Source: Thermoanaerobaculia bacterium (GTDB lineage Bacteria; Acidobacteriota; Thermoanaerobaculia; Gp7-AA8). From it: a stretch of DNA of 57,561 nucleotides. A program made the position numbers and the translations under genes. The notes under the pieces were generated by a model. The model saw only the letters and a program-made list of their open reading frames with translations, did no database searches and was not told the DNA's origin. Below are positions 1-9,119 of the stretch, in pieces (the first letter of the stretch is position 1; each line of letters starts with the position of its first letter). The stretch covers positions 1 to 57,561 of the forward strand of contig JAENWF010000033.1 in the NCBI GenBank assembly GCA_016650215.1, in the 5' to 3' direction.

Positions 1-1
1 G

Positions 2-408
2 GCTACACTCGGTGCCGTGCTCACCGGCCGGCGCACCTTCGACGTGGCCGAAGGCTGGGGCGGAAACCACTGGTGGGGACCAGCATTCGTACTGACTCAC
101 CACATCCCCGCTGGATGGCCGCGACCCAACTCGACGGTACACTTCGCGACCGCATCGAAAGCGCCGTGAACCAGGCCAAAACCGCAGCCGCCGGGAAGTC
201 CGTTGGCGTCCACGGCGCCGACACCATCCAGCAATTGCTGAATGCTGGGCTCCTCGACGAAATCTACGTCGACATCGCGGCGGTTCTTCTTGGCTCCGGA
301 GTTCGACTCTTCGACCGCCTCGCCGGCACGCCATCCGTCCTTGGCAACCCGACGGTGATCCAGGGCGTCGGCGTTACCCACCTGCGCTACCCGGTACGCA
401 AGGCGTAG
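2..408 (+). pseudogene. RibD C-terminal domain / dihydrofolate reductase-family protein, cut by the window edge and frameshifted
   Basis: Frame 2 (2..169, TGA at 167-169) reads TLGAVLTGRRTFDVAEGWGGNHWWGPAFVLTHHIPAGWPRPNSTVHFA. Frame 1 (ORF 73..408) continues DRIESAVNQAKTAAAGKSVGVHGADTIQQLLNAGLLDEIYVDIAAVLLGSGVRLFD. The two parts join into one RibD_C-like sequence if 1 nt is added near 146-150. Confidence 0.6.
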
Positions 409-866
409 TCGGACCCCACACCCTTTCTCGCCCGGCGGTGAGCTTCAGCTCGGTGAGACGTTCACACGCGAGGGCCCCAACGACGTCTTCGACAAGTAGC
501 GCGCCGCCCAACTTGGATATTGGATATCAGCCGCATCTCACAGCCCACGGAAGAGGACCACGCCCGCATCAAAGTGTATGAAGAAGTCCGAACGATTCTC
601 CTTTCCAAAGATACGCGCTGGTCGTCGTCATGAACCGCCCCGCGTTACCTGGCCGAGTATCGCGCCCTGAGGGCCGCGATGACATCAACACACCAGTGCG
701 TGGCGCGCGCCCCAATCCCGGTCGCACCTGACGCGGCCCGCTCGTGCCCCGGCGCTTCCGCGCCCCGCTTCCGCTCGCGGACACAATCTATCCTGCCACG
801 GGGAACCGGCCGCGCGGGTGAACGCGTGGTACGTTGGGCCGACATGAAGGCGAAGGGGGAGGGCCG

Positions 867-1199
867 ATGCCGTTCTACTTGACCCGGTTCAGTTACACGC
901 CAGCAACATGGGCGAAGCTCATCAAGAACCCCGAGGACCGCCGAACGGCAGCCAAGCAGTACATCGAAGCGGTCGGCGGAAAGTCGCACGGTTTCTGGTA
1001 TGCCTTCGGCGATCATGACGCATACAACTTGTGGGAGGCTCCGGACAACGTCTCGATGGCAGCCGCGGCGCTCGCGATCACCGCCGGTGGAGCGCTGAGC
1101 TCTTTTCAAACGACTGTCTTGATGACCGTTGAGGAGACGCTCGCAGCCATGCAAAAGGCCTCGAAGATCAGCTACCGGCCACCGGGCGAAAAAGGATAG
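867..1199 (+). CDS. GYD domain-containing protein
   Basis: MPFYLTRFSYTPATWAKLIKNPEDRR...GFWYAFGDHDAYNLWEAPDN is typical of the GYD family. ATG at 867 is preceded by GAAGGGGGAGGG (RBS). The ORF-track start at 834 is probably too far upstream. Confidence 0.8.
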   Translation: MPFYLTRFSYTPATWAKLIKNPEDRRTAAKQYIEAVGGKSHGFWYAFGDHDAYNLWEAPDNVSMAAAALAITAGGALSSFQTTVLMTVEETLAAMQKASKISYRPPGEKG

Positions 1200-1260
1200 G
1201 AAAGCCTCGAGTCGATATAATGAAAACGGCACAAGAAAAAACGAAGCGGAGGAACTTCAG

Positions 1261-1455
1261 ATGAAACGCCCGATCCGAATGGTCGTCGGTACAACTCTTT
1301 TTGCTGTGGCCCTGATCTCCTCTTCGTGGGCACTGAAGGGACATCCTGCGGGAGACTGGGTTGACGCCGCTATCTACATTGGGCTTGGCTCTTTCCTGGC
1401 AGGCCAATCAGTTCTGGCTCCAGGGGTTTGCGCTCCCGCTCGCCGCGATTCTTAG
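1261..1455 (+). CDS. small hypothetical membrane protein (64 aa)
   Basis: ATG at 1261 follows GGAGGA. It encodes two hydrophobic segments (VVGTTLFAVALISSSWAL, AAIYIGLGSFLAGQSVLA). No family recognised. Confidence 0.45.
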   Translation: MKRPIRMVVGTTLFAVALISSSWALKGHPAGDWVDAAIYIGLGSFLAGQSVLAPGVCAPARRDS

Positions 1456-1598
1456 GCGAAGTGTCACTGCCTCTTCCGTTGCCTCAGCCGGTGAACTGCG
1501 GTCCGTTAGACCGACCCGCAGTTTCGTGAATGGGGCGCTGAGTTCAGGCTGTCGAACTCGGACGCGAATCTCGGAATCGTCGCGCCTTTTCACGTCCC

Positions 1599-2417
1599 TC
1601 AGCCATACACCTCGGGCACGAATGTCTGGTCTTCGATCGGCGTCCGTTTGTAACGGCTGGTCGTGCGGCGCCGCGCGAGCTTCGGGGGCGGCGGCGTCAG
1701 ATCGACATAAGGGATCACCGACAGCATGTGGTGGATGCAGTTGAGCCGCGCGGCCTTCTTGTTGTCCGCATTGACCACGTACCACGGCGATTTCTTTTTG
1801 TCGGTGGCGACAAACATGTCATCTTTCGCCTTCGAAAACTCGTCCCACCGGCCGCGTGACTCGAGGTCCATCGGGCTCAACTTCCACCGTTTCGTCGGCC
1901 GTTCCAGCCGTTGCTGAAATCGTTTTTCCTGCTGCTCGTCACTCACCGAGAACCAGTACTTGATCAGAATGATCCCCGAACGAATCAGCATCTGCTCGAG
2001 CTCCGGACAGGAGCGCAGAAATTCCTCGTACTCCTCGTCGGTGCAGAAGCCCATCACGCGCTCGACACCGGCGCGGTTGTACCAACTCCGATCGAAGAGA
2101 ACCATCTCGCCCGCGGCGGGCAGCTGCTCGACGTAGCGCTGGTAGTACCACTGCGTGCGCTGCCGCTCGGTCGGCGTCGCCAGAGCCACGACGCGGCAGA
2201 TGCGGGGATTCATGGCGTCAGCGATCCTCTTGATCACGCCGCCCTTTCCGGCCGCGTCGCGACCCTCGAAGATGACCACGACGGTCTTCTTCTCGGCCTT
2301 GATCCACTCCTGAAGTTTGATCAGCTCGAGGTGCAGCTTGGCAAGTTCCTTCTCGTATTGCTTCGTCGTGAGTTTCTTTTCGCCACGTGCTTCTTTCTTC
2401 TTTTTCTTGTCTTTCAT
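1599..2417 (-). CDS. ppk2: polyphosphate kinase 2
   Basis: FEGRDAAGKGGVIKRI (Walker A-like), FDRSWYNRAGVERVMGF and SPWYVVNADNKK are hallmark PPK2 blocks. Lys-rich N-terminus MKDKKKKKE. Confidence 0.93.
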   Translation of the reverse strand: MKDKKKKKEARGEKKLTTKQYEKELAKLHLELIKLQEWIKAEKKTVVVIFEGRDAAGKGGVIKRIADAMNPRICRVVALATPTERQRTQWYYQRYVEQLPAAGEMVLFDRSWYNRAGVERVMGFCTDEEYEEFLRSCPELEQMLIRSGIILIKYWFSVSDEQQEKRFQQRLERPTKRWKLSPMDLESRGRWDEFSKAKDDMFVATDKKKSPWYVVNADNKKAARLNCIHHMLSVIPYVDLTPPPPKLARRRTTSRYKRTPIEDQTFVPEVYG

Positions 2418-2590
2418 GGTCCGCCCGTCCGATGCGCGGGAATGCTAGCACCGGAGCTGAACAGCTCCCACCACTACGACGTCTCTGGCGGCCTGCGCGC
2501 TTCTTCATATCATCCTCGGTCGCCATCGGGATTTGGACGGACTCAGAGCAGGTGCCCGAGGTTTCTCTGGCCTCGGTACAATGACCGGCC

Positions 2591-4024
2591 ATGAAGAACG
2601 CTTTCCTTCTCCTCGCCTTCATTTCGCTCACGGCTTCCGCGGCTACCGTTCCGAATGTTCCGGAGAAGAAGCTGGCCTCCGCCACGATCGAGAAGAACGC
2701 GGATCAGCTGACCGCGCTCAGCGATGAGGTGTGGCGGTATGCCGAGACCGCACTGAAGGAGACGCGCTCGTCGAAAGCGCTCGCTGACTTTGCCGAGAAG
2801 AATGGTTTCAAGGTCACGCGCGGTGTGGCGAGCATGCCGACCGCGTTCGTCGCGGAGTACGGATCGGGAAAGCCGGTCATCGGGATCATGGGTGAGTACG
2901 ACGCGCTCCCCGGGATCTCGCAGAAAGCGGAGTCATCGCGCGCGGCGCTCGAAACAGGCGCCCCCGGTCACGGCTGCGGGCACAATCTCTTCGGCGCCGG
3001 CAGCCTCGGCGCGGCAGTCGCGGTCAAGGAACTGATCGCCTCCGGGCAACTCAAAGGAACGATCCGATTCTTCGGCACCCCCGCGGAAGAAGCGGTCGGG
3101 GGAAAGCTCTACATGCTCCGCGAGGGCGTGATGGACGGCGTCGACGTAATGGTCGTGTGGCATCCGGCCGACAAGACCGAGGCGGAGACGAGGAGCTCGC
3201 AGGCACTACTCGATCTCGAGGTCGAATTTCGCGGACGCTCCGCGCACGCCGCGTACGATCCGTGGAACGGCCGCAGCGCCGTCGACGGGCTCGAGATCTT
3301 CACCCATGCGGTGAATCTGATGCGCGAGCACGTCAAGCCGACTGCCCGGATGCACTACGCGATCGTCAGCGGCGGGGACGTGCCGAACGTGATTCCCGAA
3401 TACGCGAAGGTCTGGATCTGGCTGCGCGATCTCGAGATGAGCTCCGTCGAGGAAATGCTCGCGCGCATCCGCAAGATGGCCGAGGGAGCAGCGCTCGCGG
3501 CTGACGTGCAGTCGAAGGTGACGCTCCGCGGCGGCGACTGGAACATCAACGTCAACATGGCCGGCCAGCAGCTCATGCACTCCAACCTCACGTGGCTCGG
3601 ACCGCCACAGTTCACGAGCGCTGAGCAGGAGTTCGCGAAGGAGATTCAGCGCGCGACGAATGTTCCCGCAAAGGGTTTGAGCACGGAGGTGAGTCCGTTC
3701 GAGCCGAAGCCGGGACCGGCCGAGGGAGGATCGACCGATGTCGGCGACGTGAGCTGGAAGATTCCGACGATCAACCTGTCGGTGACGACTGCTCCGATCG
3801 ACGCTCCGTGGCACGGCTGGCCCGTCGTCGCATGCGGCGGCATGTCGATCGGACACAAGGGGTTGATCTACGCAGCAAAGGCGCTCGCTGCGACGATGAT
3901 CGACCTCTATAAGAGTCCGAAGACGATTGACGAGATCCGAAAGGAGTTCGCCGCGGATGTAAAGGACAGCAAATTCAAGTCGTATATCCCCGACGGGCCG
4001 CCTGTGATGCCGCCGTCGAAGTAG
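2591..4024 (+). CDS. secreted M20-family amidohydrolase/peptidase (AbgB-like)
   Basis: Signal peptide MKNAFLLLAFISLTASAA. Metal-site block GHGCGHNLFG, FFGTPAEE and the dimerisation-domain layout are typical of the M20 amidohydrolase family. Confidence 0.85.
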   Translation: MKNAFLLLAFISLTASAATVPNVPEKKLASATIEKNADQLTALSDEVWRYAETALKETRSSKALADFAEKNGFKVTRGVASMPTAFVAEYGSGKPVIGIMGEYDALPGISQKAESSRAALETGAPGHGCGHNLFGAGSLGAAVAVKELIASGQLKGTIRFFGTPAEEAVGGKLYMLREGVMDGVDVMVVWHPADKTEAETRSSQALLDLEVEFRGRSAHAAYDPWNGRSAVDGLEIFTHAVNLMREHVKPTARMHYAIVSGGDVPNVIPEYAKVWIWLRDLEMSSVEEMLARIRKMAEGAALAADVQSKVTLRGGDWNINVNMAGQQLMHSNLTWLGPPQFTSAEQEFAKEIQRATNVPAKGLSTEVSPFEPKPGPAEGGSTDVGDVSWKIPTINLSVTTAPIDAPWHGWPVVACGGMSIGHKGLIYAAKALAATMIDLYKSPKTIDEIRKEFAADVKDSKFKSYIPDGPPVMPPSK

Positions 4025-4097
4025 TTCGAGCGTCTGTAACTTGCTGTAGTGAAAGCCTGTGCTAGGCTTCTCGCCTTCCCATAAGGAGGCCAAGGTT

Positions 4098-5429
4098 ATG
4101 GACGTGCACAGCGCGCGTGGCAAGTCTTCTGCTCCTTCGACCACCACAGAGAACCTCAACCCATACGACATCGCGCAGCAGCAGTTCGATCTGGCGGCGC
4201 AGTATGTCGTCGATCTGCCTGACGGACTGCGAACGTTTCTTCGCGGGTGTGGGCGCCTGCTCAAGGTGGAGTTCCCAGTCGAGTGCGAAGACGGAACGGT
4301 CCGAGTATTCTCCGGATACCGCGCGCTGCATTCGCGCGTGCGCGGGCCGGGAAAGGGCGGCATCCGCTATCACCCTGAAGTGAACGCGGATGAAGTGCGC
4401 GCACTCGCATCGTGGATGACCTGGAAGTGCGCAGTCGTGGACATTCCGTTCGGCGGCGCGAAGGGCGGGATCATCTGCGATCCAAAAAAGCTGTCGCGGA
4501 ACGACCTGCGGAAAATCACGCGGCGCTTCGTCGTGGAGCTCGGCGACTCGATCGGACCGCACAGCGACATCCCGGCGCCCGACGTGAACACCGACGCCGA
4601 GATGATGGCGTGGATCTACGACACGTACGACATGATGCATCCAGGGAAGAACAATCTCCCGGTCGTCACCGGCAAGCCGGTCGCGATGGGTGGTTCCCTC
4701 GGGCGCAACGAAGCGACCGCACGCGGATGTCTCTTCGTCACCGCGCGTGCGATCGAAGAAGGAGCCGCTCCGGGAGTGCGGTCGATCCGCGGAACGCGCG
4801 TGGCCATCCAGGGATATGGAAACGCGGGAGCGATCGCGGCGCGTCTCTTCACGGAGGCGGGCGCCGTCGTGGTCGCAATCAGCGACTCAACCGGCGGCGT
4901 CGCTTCGGAAAATGGAATCGACGTCGAGGCTGCGTCGAGGCACAAGAAGCAAACAGGCTCGGTCGTCGGACTTTCCGGAACGAAGAACATTTCCAACGAT
5001 GACTTGCTGCACATCGAGTGTGACGTGCTGATTCCCGCGGCGTTCGAGAATCAGATCCGGAACGACAATGTCGCCGGCGTGAAAGCAAAGCTGATCGCCG
5101 AAGCGGCGAACGGACCTACGACGCCCGCAGCCGACAAAGCGCTCTTCCAGCGCGGGATTCCGGTCCTCCCTGACATCCTCACGAATGCAGGCGGCGTGAC
5201 GGTCAGCTACTTCGAGTGGGTGCAGAACATTGAAAACGAGCACTGGACCGAAGCGCACGTCAACGGCGATCTGAAGCAGAAGATGGAAGCCGCAACCGAC
5301 GCGGTGCTTCAGATGCAAATCGAGATCAAGGATCGCCATGACGCCTCCGTCGATTTGCGCACGGCCGCGTTTGCGCTCGCGATCAAGCGCGTAGGAGCGA
5401 TAGCGAAGACGAGGGGAATCTGGCCGTAG
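4098..5429 (+). CDS. gdhA: Glu/Leu/Phe/Val dehydrogenase family, glutamate dehydrogenase
   Basis: DIPFGGAKGGIICDP (catalytic Lys motif), Rossmann IQGYGNAGA, GGVTVSYFEWVQN. ATG at 4098 follows AAGGAGG. Confidence 0.92.
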   Translation: MDVHSARGKSSAPSTTTENLNPYDIAQQQFDLAAQYVVDLPDGLRTFLRGCGRLLKVEFPVECEDGTVRVFSGYRALHSRVRGPGKGGIRYHPEVNADEVRALASWMTWKCAVVDIPFGGAKGGIICDPKKLSRNDLRKITRRFVVELGDSIGPHSDIPAPDVNTDAEMMAWIYDTYDMMHPGKNNLPVVTGKPVAMGGSLGRNEATARGCLFVTARAIEEGAAPGVRSIRGTRVAIQGYGNAGAIAARLFTEAGAVVVAISDSTGGVASENGIDVEAASRHKKQTGSVVGLSGTKNISNDDLLHIECDVLIPAAFENQIRNDNVAGVKAKLIAEAANGPTTPAADKALFQRGIPVLPDILTNAGGVTVSYFEWVQNIENEHWTEAHVNGDLKQKMEAATDAVLQMQIEIKDRHDASVDLRTAAFALAIKRVGAIAKTRGIWP

Positions 5430-5495
5430 ATCGCAGAGAAGACGACTGAGGATGTCGCACAGATTCTGCATGGAGATTCCAATCAGGAGGCTCTG

Positions 5496-5978
5496 ATGCG
5501 CATAGCTTCGGCAGTCTTGATGGTTTCTCTTCTTCTGATCGGCTGTTCGTCGTCCTCTGCCGGGAATGGTGTGTCCACCAACGAAGGCAGAACAGGATCC
5601 GCGGAGTTGCGCGATCTGGAGAAGCAGTGGATCAGCGCTCTCATCCGCGTCGAGCGTCCTCTGATCGACCGGTTGCGTGGAAGCGGATTCGCGAGCGAGG
5701 TGGCCGGCGATCAATCGGATCCCGTTCCGCCATGGCTTCTTGCCTCCGCGGCACTCCCCGGCCGCGGAACGTGGATCGAATCAAACCTGATTGTTGATGA
5801 CGTCACGGTGCGCGCCGAGGGCGACGCGGCGGTCGTTACCTCCATGCAGACCTACCACCCCCCGCCGAGCGGGCAGCCCTCGTTGGAGCCAAGGCAGCGT
5901 TTCTACGAGGTGGAGGATCACTGGCAGAAGCGCGCAGGGCGCTGGCAGGTAGTTCGCCGCGTGGTCCGGCCGATCTAG
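5496..5978 (+). CDS. lipoprotein, NTF2-like (DUF4440/SnoaL-like) fold suspected
   Basis: Lipobox LLLIGC. The C-terminal pattern DHWQKRAGRWQVV resembles NTF2-like proteins. The family assignment is by eye only. Confidence 0.55.
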   Translation: MRIASAVLMVSLLLIGCSSSSAGNGVSTNEGRTGSAELRDLEKQWISALIRVERPLIDRLRGSGFASEVAGDQSDPVPPWLLASAALPGRGTWIESNLIVDDVTVRAEGDAAVVTSMQTYHPPPSGQPSLEPRQRFYEVEDHWQKRAGRWQVVRRVVRPI

Positions 5979-6055
5979 GCAAACCGCAGCCCAGAGATTC
6001 GACTCCGAACGCCGTTCTGCGGTCTACTTCGTCATTACGTAGATGGAGGAATGAC

Positions 6056-6571
6056 ATGACCGCTCAAACATCGTCTCGCAAGAAGGTTTTCCTCGAGACA
6101 TTCGACCGCGAGTTCGCGACGACTCTCAAACTGCTTCGCGCGTTTCCGGCGGATCAGCCCGATTTCAAACCGCATCCGAAAACCAAGAGCGCGCGCGAGC
6201 TCGCATGGACATTCGTAATGGAGCGCGGCCTCGGCCTCAAAGTCTGGAACGACGAGCTCGCGAAGGGCGTCCCCTCTGGCAGCAAGCCGCCATCCGCGCC
6301 CGAGAAGTGGAGCGACATCATCGCTGCCCTCGAGAAGGCGAACGCGGATTACCGCGCGGTCATCGCCGCTGCATCCGACGAAGATCTTGCGAAGAACGTC
6401 CACTTCTTCACGGCGCCGAAGACGATGGGGGAGCTGTCACGCTTCAACTGGATCTGGTTCCTGCTCCACGACGAGATTCACCATCGTGGACAGCTGTCCG
6501 TGTACGTCCGCGCTTCGGGGGCGAAGGTTCCTTCCATCTACGGGCCGACCGCCGACGAGCCGTGGATGTAG
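6056..6571 (+). CDS. DinB-family protein
   Basis: FLLHDEIHHRGQLSVYVRASG is the characteristic DinB/YfiT His-triad helix. Size is 171 aa. Confidence 0.8.
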   Translation: MTAQTSSRKKVFLETFDREFATTLKLLRAFPADQPDFKPHPKTKSARELAWTFVMERGLGLKVWNDELAKGVPSGSKPPSAPEKWSDIIAALEKANADYRAVIAAASDEDLAKNVHFFTAPKTMGELSRFNWIWFLLHDEIHHRGQLSVYVRASGAKVPSIYGPTADEPWM

Positions 6572-6609
6572 GCGCGATTGGGCCGGGGGACGAGTACCGC
6601 GCACAACTG

Positions 6610-6945
6610 GTGACCGAGCTCGTCGTTCCGAGTCTCGATGAAACGCTCGCGTTTCTGACGGCACTCGGCTTTCGCATCACGCGCAGGAGCGGAGGGTTTG
6701 CCGTTCTGATGTGGGAGGACGCGTACCTCTTCGTGGCAGAGGATTCGAAGGCGCGCGTTGAGGCTCGGTGGACGAATGTCCGCGTGATCGTCGGAGACGT
6801 CGATCGCATGTGGGCCGCCGCCGCAAGCCTCGGCGCGCACGTCGTGAACCCGATTGGAGATCGAAGCCACGGCCTGCGCGACTTCACGATCGCCGGGCCG
6901 GGGAACATCGAGATCCGGTTTGCAGAGGTTCTGGGCGGGAAGTGA
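6610..6945 (+). CDS. VOC (glyoxalase/bleomycin-resistance) family protein
   Basis: TELVVPSLDETLAFLTALGFRI...HGLRDFTIAGPGNIEIRFAE has a VOC beta-alpha-beta-beta-beta pattern. The start is ambiguous: GTG 6610, or GTG 6562 overlapping the dinB stop. Confidence 0.7.
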   Translation: MTELVVPSLDETLAFLTALGFRITRRSGGFAVLMWEDAYLFVAEDSKARVEARWTNVRVIVGDVDRMWAAAASLGAHVVNPIGDRSHGLRDFTIAGPGNIEIRFAEVLGGK

Positions 6946-6990
6946 TCGTTCCCGGTGAAGTCGCCGCCACGAGGAGTCTGGAGTGCAGCT

Positions 6991-7020
6991 CAGCGGGTGC
7001 TGCCTCAGCGAGTGCTGCCT
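6991..7020. repeat. 15-nt direct repeat x2 (CAGCGGGTGCTGCCT / CAGCGAGTGCTGCCT), with a partial third copy upstream
   Basis: Read directly from the sequence between the convergent VOC and symporter genes. Confidence 0.7.
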
Positions 7021-7021
7021 C

Positions 7022-7098
7022 TGTGTGGGAGCGGGCGCCTCGCCCGCTCGCTAGTGCGGGGCGGAAACGCGGCGGGCGAGGGCGCCCGCCGCCACACA
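7022..7098. terminator. long GC-rich hairpin (about 25-bp stem) between convergent genes, a candidate bidirectional terminator or REP-like element
   Basis: The left arm TGTGTGGGAGCGGGCGCCTCGCCCGC pairs with the right arm GCGGGCGAGGGCGCCCGCCGCCACACA (about 24 of 27 positions). No U-tract. Confidence 0.5.
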
Positions 7099-7155
7099 AA
7101 CAGGACGCGCCGAATCTTTCGTGCCGCTCGCACCGGCCGCAGGGCGTGAATTGGA

Positions 7156-8853
7156 TTAGACCGATGCCCTCTTCCGCGGCGACATCATTTCGATGACGAT
7201 CGCCGCCCCCACTCCCACACCGCACCCGATCACGTTCCACCAGAGGTACGCCATCGGCGTGAAGAGCCAGCAGTAGACCACGGCGGCTTCGCCGAGGATG
7301 GCGCCGAGGAATGTGGCGCGGCCTCCGACTCGCGGGACGTAGAAGGCGAGCAGGAAAATGCCGAGGATCGTGCCGTAGAAGAGCGATCCGAGGATGTTGA
7401 CGGCTTCGATGAGGGAGCCGAGACGGCCGGCGAAAACGGCGAAGCCGATGGCGAAGACGCCCCAGAAGACGGTCATCAGCTTCGAGACTCGCACATAGTC
7501 GTGATCGGTCGCGTCGCGCGCGATGAAGCGGCGATAGATATCCACGACGGTTGTCGAGCCGAGGGAGTTGAGACCGGACGCGGTGGCGGACATCGCGGCG
7601 CAGAAGATTGCCGCGAGAACGAGTCCGACGAGTCCCGGCGGCAGATTTCCCATCACGAACGAGAGGAAGACAAAGTTCGCATCGCTGGTGTCGGCGAGAG
7701 GGTCGTTCTTCCGGATCAGCGCCGCCGCCGACTTTTTCGTCTCGGCGTCACGCTTCTGCAGACCTCGTACGGTCTCCGTAGCGGAAGCGGACCGCGCTGT
7801 GTCGCCGGAGTGCATCGCTTCGGCGAGCTCCGACACGCTCGCGCGCTTCGCCTCGAAATTCGCGCGATAGTTTTCCTCGAGCCTCTCGAAGTCGCGCGCG
7901 TGCGGGCTCGCGGCGATCTTCGCCCGTTCGACCGGGTTGAAGAAGAGCGGCGGCGCGTTGAACTGATAGAAGACGAAGACCATCGCGCCGACGAAGAGAA
8001 TGAAAAACTGCATCGGCACTTTCACGAGACCGTTGAACAGCAGGCCGAGGCGGCTCTGCGCGATCGTCTCGCCGGTCAGGTACCGCTGCACCTGCGACTG
8101 GTCGGTGCCAAAGTACGAGAGCGCGACGAAGAGTCCGCCGACGAGCCCCGACCAGAAGTTGTAGCGGTTGGTGAGATCGAACGAGAAGTCGATCGCGTTG
8201 AGACGTCCCATCCGCCCCGCGATGCGCGCCGCGTCGATGAACGTGACGCCGTCGGGGAGCTTGTTCACCGCGATGAAGAGCGCGATCGCCATCCCGCTCA
8301 GCGCGATTACGAGCTGATGCATGTGCGTCCAGCTAACCGCTTTCGTCCCGCCGCTCGCGGTGTAGATGATGACGAGCACCCCGATCACGACGCTCGTGAT
8401 CTGAATGTTCCAGCCGAGAATTACCGAGACGATGAGCGCGGGAGCGTAGAGCGTGATCCCGGTTGAGAGGCCTCGCTGGATGAGAAAGAGCGAGGCGGTG
8501 AGCGTCCGCGTTCCGACGCCGAAACGAGTCTCGAGGTACTCGTACGCGGTGAAGACTTTGAGGTTGTGATAGATCGGCACCGCGGTGATCGAGAGGATGA
8601 CCATCGCGATCGGCAGGCCCAGGTAGAACTGCACGAAGCGCATGCCGTCCGCGTACGCCTGGCCGGGCGTCGAAAGGAACGTGATCGCGCTCGCCTGCGT
8701 CGCCATGATCGAGAGCGCGATCGTGTACCACTGCAGCTCGCGCCCTGCGAGCAGGTAGCCTTCGAGGCTCTTCTGCTTGCGCCCCTTCCAGACGCCATAC
8801 GCCACGATGACGAGCAGCGTCGTGACGAGCACCACCCAGTCGATCAACCTCAT
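7156..8853 (-). CDS. sodium:solute symporter (SSS/SLC5) family transporter
   Basis: 565 aa with many TM segments. The N-terminal block GYLLAGRELQWYTIALSIMATQASAITFLSTPG is typical of the SSS family. Confidence 0.9.
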   Translation of the reverse strand: MRLIDWVVLVTTLLVIVAYGVWKGRKQKSLEGYLLAGRELQWYTIALSIMATQASAITFLSTPGQAYADGMRFVQFYLGLPIAMVILSITAVPIYHNLKVFTAYEYLETRFGVGTRTLTASLFLIQRGLSTGITLYAPALIVSVILGWNIQITSVVIGVLVIIYTASGGTKAVSWTHMHQLVIALSGMAIALFIAVNKLPDGVTFIDAARIAGRMGRLNAIDFSFDLTNRYNFWSGLVGGLFVALSYFGTDQSQVQRYLTGETIAQSRLGLLFNGLVKVPMQFFILFVGAMVFVFYQFNAPPLFFNPVERAKIAASPHARDFERLEENYRANFEAKRASVSELAEAMHSGDTARSASATETVRGLQKRDAETKKSAAALIRKNDPLADTSDANFVFLSFVMGNLPPGLVGLVLAAIFCAAMSATASGLNSLGSTTVVDIYRRFIARDATDHDYVRVSKLMTVFWGVFAIGFAVFAGRLGSLIEAVNILGSLFYGTILGIFLLAFYVPRVGGRATFLGAILGEAAVVYCWLFTPMAYLWWNVIGCGVGVGAAIVIEMMSPRKRASV

Positions 8854-8963
8854 TCAAACGCTTTCGTGAACGCGTAGAAGATCGCGATCATCACGACGAG
8901 ATTGATGAGAACCACGGCGTAGAGGCGGTTCCATGTGCGGCCGATGGGTGGCGGTGTTTCCAT
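8850..8963 (-). CDS. unlisted 37-aa single-TM ORF translationally coupled to the SSS symporter
   Basis: Hand translation gives METPPPIGRTWNRLYAVVLINLVVMIAIFYAFTKAFE*. Its TGA (8852-8850) overlaps the symporter ATG (8853-8851) as ATGA. It is too short for the ORF track. Confidence 0.55.
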   Translation of the reverse strand: METPPPIGRTWNRLYAVVLINLVVMIAIFYAFTKAFE

Positions 8964-8980
8964 AGTGCTGAGTTGATCAC

Positions 8981-9112
8981 AACCCTGAGCGAAGCGAAGG
9001 GTCTACTGAGAGCACAAGCGCTGCGCGTGCACGTCTCGAAGAACGTGTCGCGTGCAGATAGCGACCTATCGCTCGTGCGATCAGAAGATCCTTCGCTTCG
9101 CTCAGGATGACA
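8981..9112. repeat. family-A repeat, inverted pair
   Basis: Left arm CCTGAGCGAAGCGAAGGGTC (8984-9003). Right arm GATCAGAAGATCCTTCGCTTCGCTCAGGATGAC (about 9079-9111). The same core recurs at 9 or more sites in the window. Confidence 0.85.
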
Positions 9113-9119
9113 TGAGGAC

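Noticed and set aside
409-866. 450-nt gap with short ORFs (for example 569..784 minus, 679..882 plus)
   Set aside because: The translations are low-complexity and have no RBS or motifs. A frame reading SRISQPTEEDHARIKVYEEVRTILLSKD might be a gene fragment, but I cannot support it.
3206-4363. 385-aa minus-strand ORF antisense to the M20 amidohydrolase and gdh genes
   Set aside because: This is a shadow ORF typical of high-GC DNA. It has an Arg/Pro/Ala-rich low-complexity translation, and it overlaps two well-supported genes.
7501-8466. 321-aa plus-strand ORF
   Set aside because: It is antisense to the SSS symporter, and its translation is an Arg/Asp/Glu-rich shadow ORF.
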